Shown: piece after piece, positions 59,219-64,000 of the stretch
How positions within the stretch are numbered: the stretch's first letter is position 1
How the letters are laid out: each line of letters starts with the position of its first letter
Origin: Ignisphaera sp.
Lineage (GTDB): Archaea; Thermoproteota; Thermoprotei_A; Sulfolobales; Ignisphaeraceae
Length of the DNA stretch: 64,000 bases
Direction: 5' to 3'
Assembly: GCA_038889075.1 (NCBI GenBank)
Contig: JAWAHS010000001.1
Span: 151,667 to 215,666 of the forward strand
Translations under genes and position numbers: made by a program
Notes under the pieces: model-generated
What the model was told of the DNA's origin: nothing
Database searches by the model: none
The model's input: only the letters and a program-made list of their open reading frames with translations

Positions 59219-61606
59219 ATGATGGGTATTCCCTATAAAGAGTTCAGAATTAGAGTTGACGAATTGAAGAGCTCTCTTGCTGAAATTAGAGGTCTAGATG
59301 TAAGTATTGGATACATTGTTGAAGAGTGGGAGGAACCCCCAGGCCCAACGCCATTTCCATCCATTGCTACACTGAGGAAATGGGATCACGTACTGTTGAA
59401 GAGGTACAGACCTCTATATCTACCGTACTGTGACCTCTGCTGTCTATGTACCTATGGAAGGTGTGATCTATCTAGGGATAAGAGAGGGTCTTGTGGAATT
59501 GGTTTATCAGAACAGCAGTCACGTCTGGTAACACTTGTTTGCGCCATTGGTGCTTCAACCCATGCAAGCCATGCTAGAGAGCTTTTAGATAAACTTATTG
59601 CTAGATATGGTGAGGACACGCCTATAGATCTAGGTGGTGAAGTATACGTTGAAATGCCTATAACTAGGCTTGTAACGGGTGTTAGACCACGTACACTTAG
59701 AGATCTAAAGATTGTTATAGAATATGTTGAAAGACAGATTGTACAGACCTTGGCTAGTGTCCATACTGGTCAGGAGGGTAGTTGGATAGATTACGAATCT
59801 AAGGTTCTCCATCTCGGTATGCTAGATCACGTAGCACTGGAGGTAGCTGACGTTGTACAGGTAGCATCATTAAATATGCCTAAGGCAGATCCAAATGCAC
59901 CGCTAGTGGATCTCGGAATCGGTACTGTAGATACTTCAAAGCCTGTGATCCTTGTCATAGGACACAATGTTCTCCCTTCGGCAGCAATAATAGACTATCT
60001 AGAGTCATTAGGTATTAGAGACAAGATTGAGGTTTGTGGTCTCTGTTGTACGGCACACGATATAGCTAGATATGAAAAGAAGAGAGCTAGAATTATAGGA
60101 CCGATGTCTTGGCAACTACGCTTTGTAAGAACTGGCATACCGGATGTTATTGTAATTGACGAGCAGTGCATTTATACCAACTTGACTGAGGAGGCTAGGA
60201 GGATAGGCGCCGTGGTAATAGCAACAACGGATAAGGCTATGAGAGGGCTTCCGGATAGAACGCATGCAGATCCAGATAATGTTGTAGAAGAGCTTGTGAC
60301 GGGCAAGATACCGGGAGCTGTAATACTTAATGAAGAGGAGGCAGCTGAGGTAGCCGTTAAGGTTGCTCTTAAAATAGCACCACAGAGGATCAAGTATAAA
60401 TGGGGTTTACTTACAAGGGATCAAGTGATAGAGTATGCAAAGAAGTGTAGTATGTGTAGAAATTGCGAGAGAAACTGTCCACAAAATCTATCTATATCCA
60501 GTGCAATAGTAAGAGCAGCTAAAGGAGATTTAGCTGGTCTTACTGAGCTCTATAAGAGGTGTTTTGCCTGTAGAAGATGTGAATACGACTGTCCTAGAGG
60601 AATACCAGTACTATCACTAATACTAGCTTCGGCAAGGGATATCATGGGATTTGAGGTGTATAAATGCAGAGCTGGAAGAGGACCTATTCAGGATACGGAG
60701 ATTAGGGCTGTGGGTAGGGATATCGTTTTAGGTACAATACCTGGTGTTGTAGCATTCGTTGGTTGCGCTAATTGGCCTGATGGCGCACAGGATGTTGCAG
60801 TTATGGCTAGAGAGTTTGCATCTAGGAGATATATTGTTGTAGCTTCGGGTTGCTCCGCTATGGCACTATCGATGTATAAGAATGAGGAGGGTAAGACACC
60901 GTATGAGGAGTTTTCAGGCGTATTTGAAGCTGGGGGTATAGTTAATGTAGGTTCCTGTGTCGCCAATTCCCATATAGCTGGAGCAGCAATAAAGATTGCA
61001 AATATCTTCGCTAAACTACCATTAAGAGCTAACTATGCTGAGATAGCAGACTATATACTGAATAGAGTGGGAGCCGTGGGCGTTGCATGGGGTGCTATGA
61101 GTCAGAAGGCAGCTGCTATAGCCTCAGGTTTCTGGCGTTTGGGTGTACCAGTAATTGTGGGACCTCACGGTATTAAGTATAGAAGAATGCTACTTGGTGA
61201 TAGGGATGCTGAGGAGAGCTGGTACGGTTACGATGCTATAACAGGTGAGAAGGTGTATCTAGGTCCTGCACCAGAACATCTATTCTATGCAGCTGAAACC
61301 TTGGAGGAGGCCATGGTTATGATTCCAAAACTCTGTATAAGACCGGCAGATACTCCACAGGGAAGAGCGATAAAGCTAACGAATTATATATCTCTTTACA
61401 AACAGTTCTATGGTGTTGATAAACTACCCTCTGATATACATCTCTATATTAGATTTGATGCTGATATACCCATACCTTATAGAGATGAAGTTGTTAGGTA
61501 CTTGAACGAGGTTGGCTGGAGGGAGAAACCAGCGGTTTCGAATCCAACTATCATGGAAGATATAATAGAAAAGTATAGGCTTAGGAGAGAGGGTGCAAAG
61601 GTATAG
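59219..61606 (+). CDS. cdhA: ACDS complex alpha subunit (CO dehydrogenase)
   Basis: GPTPFP, CDLCCLCTYGRC, IGHN, GLCCTAHD, DEQC, two extra CxxCxxCxxxCP motifs, GSCVANSH, WGAMSQKA. Confidence 0.97.
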   Translation: MMGIPYKEFRIRVDELKSSLAEIRGLDVSIGYIVEEWEEPPGPTPFPSIATLRKWDHVLLKRYRPLYLPYCDLCCLCTYGRCDLSRDKRGSCGIGLSEQQSRLVTLVCAIGASTHASHARELLDKLIARYGEDTPIDLGGEVYVEMPITRLVTGVRPRTLRDLKIVIEYVERQIVQTLASVHTGQEGSWIDYESKVLHLGMLDHVALEVADVVQVASLNMPKADPNAPLVDLGIGTVDTSKPVILVIGHNVLPSAAIIDYLESLGIRDKIEVCGLCCTAHDIARYEKKRARIIGPMSWQLRFVRTGIPDVIVIDEQCIYTNLTEEARRIGAVVIATTDKAMRGLPDRTHADPDNVVEELVTGKIPGAVILNEEEAAEVAVKVALKIAPQRIKYKWGLLTRDQVIEYAKKCSMCRNCERNCPQNLSISSAIVRAAKGDLAGLTELYKRCFACRRCEYDCPRGIPVLSLILASARDIMGFEVYKCRAGRGPIQDTEIRAVGRDIVLGTIPGVVAFVGCANWPDGAQDVAVMAREFASRRYIVVASGCSAMALSMYKNEEGKTPYEEFSGVFEAGGIVNVGSCVANSHIAGAAIKIANIFAKLPLRANYAEIADYILNRVGAVGVAWGAMSQKAAAIASGFWRLGVPVIVGPHGIKYRRMLLGDRDAEESWYGYDAITGEKVYLGPAPEHLFYAAETLEEAMVMIPKLCIRPADTPQGRAIKLTNYISLYKQFYGVDKLPSDIHLYIRFDADIPIPYRDEVVRYLNEVGWREKPAVSNPTIMEDIIEKYRLRREGAKV

Positions 61607-61616
61607 GTGGTTTAGG

Positions 61617-62156
61617 ATGGCTCTTGAGTACTGGCTTCGAGGAGATATACCCCCAGGACCGATAAAGGCTACGGTAGTAACAGATGTAAAGAGGATTGCT
61701 GAAATACTCCTACAGTTCAAAGGCTCTACAATAATCTTACTCGGTTCGCAACTTTGCCAAATTGAGGAATTGATTGGAGAGAAGGTCATTGAAAGTTTTA
61801 CTCAAATTGCTGAGATTATTGGTGGTGATGTTGTAGTATCGGATTCCAAAGTAATAGAAAGACTAGATGCATTGAACTATAGGAGGTACAAAATACTATT
61901 TCCTCTTGAGGTAGCTCAGAATCTCGCCAAAAATGGTTCGAAATACAAACTCGCAGTATTGGTAGGTTTTAGATACTCGTATGCATGGCTAATCCTAAAC
62001 CATCTTAAACACTATAGGCCGGATCTCAATACACTATCTCTAGATCCCTATGCTCAGCCAAATGCAACATGGACCACACCATCGCTACCTCTGCAAATAT
62101 GGTTTAAAAACATCGTACAGTTAACAGATACATTGAAAAATTTATTAAGTAGATAG
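61617..62156 (+). CDS. cdhB: ACDS complex epsilon subunit
   Basis: PGP..A, L..LKHY, TLSLDPYAQPNATW; between cdhA and cdhC. ATG at 61617 follows AGGTGG; ORF track starts at 61593. Confidence 0.85.
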   Translation: MALEYWLRGDIPPGPIKATVVTDVKRIAEILLQFKGSTIILLGSQLCQIEELIGEKVIESFTQIAEIIGGDVVVSDSKVIERLDALNYRRYKILFPLEVAQNLAKNGSKYKLAVLVGFRYSYAWLILNHLKHYRPDLNTLSLDPYAQPNATWTTPSLPLQIWFKNIVQLTDTLKNLLSR

Positions 62157-62195
62157 AATAAGCTAAGATAGTATGTTATGTGGTGAAATTCAAAC

Positions 62196-63833
62196 ATGCC
62201 TCTTAAAATATCTATAGTATCGCCTATCGAAGTTCCTGATGATATGGTAAAGATATTTAAAGTGCCTCCCCCACCCCCGAAGGCAATGTTTAGCGACATT
62301 CCTGTTGATGTTGGTCCGCAGTACGAGGGTCAGAGGGTTAGAGCACCGGAAATGTATGTAGAGTTGGGAGGTCCCAAGGTCAACCATAAGTTTGAGTTAT
62401 TCAGGGTCAGAGATCTCAATGAGATTGAGGATGGAGAGGTAATTGTTGTAGGCCCTGATGTAGGTGAACTTAAAGAGGGTAGCAGTAACCCATATGCAGT
62501 CATCATTGAAGCTGCTGGATCTAAGTTAGAAATGCAGGCTGAGGGAGTTCTGGAAAGGAGGCTTCACGAGTTTAGCAACTATATACAGGGATACATGCAT
62601 CTAAATCAAAGATATGATATATGGCTTAGAATCAGCAAGAGATCGTATCAGAAAGGGCTGAACTCGTTTAAGTATATTGGCACGGCGCTCTACAGGTTAT
62701 TCAAATCAGCGTTCCCAGTCATAGAGAAGATGAGGATAATATTTGTTACGGATCCAAAAACGGTTGAACTACTCTATGGTCAGGCGCTAAAAGTCTATGA
62801 TGAAAGGGATAGAAGGGCACTGGGTCTAAAAGATGAAGATGTAGATATGTTTTATTCGTGTAAGCTCTGCCAGTCCTTTGCACCAACACATGTATGCATA
62901 ATAACACCCGAAAGACCTTCGGCATGCGGAGCTATAACATGGCTTGATGCCAGAGTAGCAGCTTTAATTGATCCCAAGGGTCCTATTCAGCCCGTACCTA
63001 AGGGGAGAACTGTAGATCCTTTTGCAGGAGAGTATGAAGGGGCTAACGAAGTTGTAAAAAAGCTCTCCAGCGGCACTATACAGAGAATAAGACTCTATGC
63101 ACTGTTTGAATATCCACCAACTATATGTGGATGCTTTGAGATAGCAACCTTTTACATACCTGAGCTTGATGCTGTGGGGCTTGTTCATAGAGGATTTGCA
63201 GGGACTACACCAATAGGTCTTAGGTTTAGCCAGGTTGCTGATGCTGTTGGTGGTGGTAAGCAGGTTCCTGGTTTTCAGGGAATAGGACTCCTCTATCTTA
63301 GGAGTAGAAAGCTGTTTCAAGCTGATGGTGGATGGAATAGAATTGTTTGGATGCCTTCAGAGCTCAAACAGAGAATTCTAGATGCTATTCCTCCCGAGTT
63401 AAGGGATAGGATAGCAACGGAGAAAGAGGCTACGGATGTAGAATCCCTTAGAAAATTCTTGATGGAGAAAAAACACCCTATAGTGGAGAAGCTTTTAGCG
63501 AAGGAGGCTAAGAAGGAAGAGGCTAGGGAGGAGAAGCCCGTTGAAAAGACCAAGGAGGCAGAGATGTCAACTGTAACTCCACTACAGCCCTCCATGCCAT
63601 CGATGCAGGTTCCGCATCCACAGCAAGTTATCGCTACGGTAGCCTCTACACAGCAGACAGCTACGGCAACAGTAATACCAACATCAGCTGGAAATATAGT
63701 TGTAACGGTTTCCATACCTATGCAGATGCAACAAACCCAGACAAGTAGTAGGGGGATAAGCATAACTTTAAAGGGTGTTAAGATCAAGGCTGAGAAGCTG
63801 GTCATAAAAAAGGTGGAAGGTGGAGGGAAGTGA
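62196..63833 (+). CDS. cdhC: ACDS complex beta subunit (acetyl-CoA synthase)
   Basis: GPQYEGQRVR, VELGGP, EGVLERRLH, CKLCQSFAPTHVC, CGAI, CGCFE, GGWNRIVWMP. Confidence 0.97.
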   Translation: MPLKISIVSPIEVPDDMVKIFKVPPPPPKAMFSDIPVDVGPQYEGQRVRAPEMYVELGGPKVNHKFELFRVRDLNEIEDGEVIVVGPDVGELKEGSSNPYAVIIEAAGSKLEMQAEGVLERRLHEFSNYIQGYMHLNQRYDIWLRISKRSYQKGLNSFKYIGTALYRLFKSAFPVIEKMRIIFVTDPKTVELLYGQALKVYDERDRRALGLKDEDVDMFYSCKLCQSFAPTHVCIITPERPSACGAITWLDARVAALIDPKGPIQPVPKGRTVDPFAGEYEGANEVVKKLSSGTIQRIRLYALFEYPPTICGCFEIATFYIPELDAVGLVHRGFAGTTPIGLRFSQVADAVGGGKQVPGFQGIGLLYLRSRKLFQADGGWNRIVWMPSELKQRILDAIPPELRDRIATEKEATDVESLRKFLMEKKHPIVEKLLAKEAKKEEAREEKPVEKTKEAEMSTVTPLQPSMPSMQVPHPQQVIATVASTQQTATATVIPTSAGNIVVTVSIPMQMQQTQTSSRGISITLKGVKIKAEKLVIKKVEGGGK

Positions 63834-64000
63834 GTGGAGAGAAAAAAGGTGAAAAGCAGGAGTCAGAGGCAGGTAGACAAGCGAGTATATACAATCTTTT
63901 GGCAAAGCTTGCAGAGGCTCTTATCAACGGCGTTGTAGAGCTCTACAATGTTGAGATCGAAGCGGATGAATTAACTCTTATATTACCTGAAACAGTAGCC
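63830..64000 (+). CDS. cdhD: Probable ACDS delta subunit (corrinoid Fe-S protein small subunit), N-terminal fragment
   Basis: GTG overlapping the cdhC TGA; open to the window end: MSGEKK...LLAKLAEALINGVVELYNVEIEADELTLILP; assigned mainly by position. Confidence 0.6.
   Translation, partial: MSGEKKGEKQESEAGRQASIYNLLAKLAEALINGVVELYNVEIEADELTLILPETVA

Noticed and set aside
9859-64000. Methanogenesis gene cluster
   Set aside because: No mcr, mtrA-G, hdr/mvh or CoM/CoB/F430 genes in the window; methanogenesis cannot be claimed, though it is not excluded for the rest of the genome

Overview
AT-rich, gene-dense archaeal DNA. AGA/ATA-rich codons, GGTG-type ribosome-binding sites, BRE/TATA promoters and an Aeropyrum-type peroxiredoxin suggest a thermophilic Thermoproteota, plausibly Thermoprotei/Desulfurococcales-like; this is inference, as no marker gene is present. 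After a partial NDP-sugar nucleotidyltransferase and a complete A1AO ATP synthase operon (H-I-K-E-C-F-A-B-D, V-type-like c subunit), about 54 kb is one C1/energy super-cluster. It holds the H4MPT/methanofuran/F420-dependent Wood-Ljungdahl methyl branch (fwdDB fusion, fwdA, fwdC, ftr, mch, mtd, mer, stand-alone mtrH-like) and the carbonyl branch (cooT, cooC, cdhABC, start of cdhD). It also holds ADP-forming acetate-CoA ligase, cofactor genes (mfnB/D/E/F, cofC/D/E, a second CofE-like protein, a RimK-type ligase), an orphan FrhB-type F420 oxidoreductase, hypF/C/E, and a 16-gene Mrp-antiporter plus group 4 [NiFe]-hydrogenase operon led by mer. No mcr, mtrA-G or hdr genes occur in the window. The most interesting hypotheses are: (i) a non-methanogenic acetogenic or acetyl-CoA-oxidising module in which F420 is wired to an Mrp-hydrogenase and a probable Na+ ATP synthase; (ii) a RibU-like ECF transporter inside the cof operon as a candidate deazaflavin (Fo) salvage importer; (iii) an NPS/NFA aquaporin next to a DUF2193 Fe-S protein, whose promoter shares a motif with mtrH. 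A multiply frameshifted peroxiredoxin pseudogene and a probable IS200/IS605-derived remnant lie near 55.4-56.4 kb. No rRNA, tRNA or CRISPR array was recognised.
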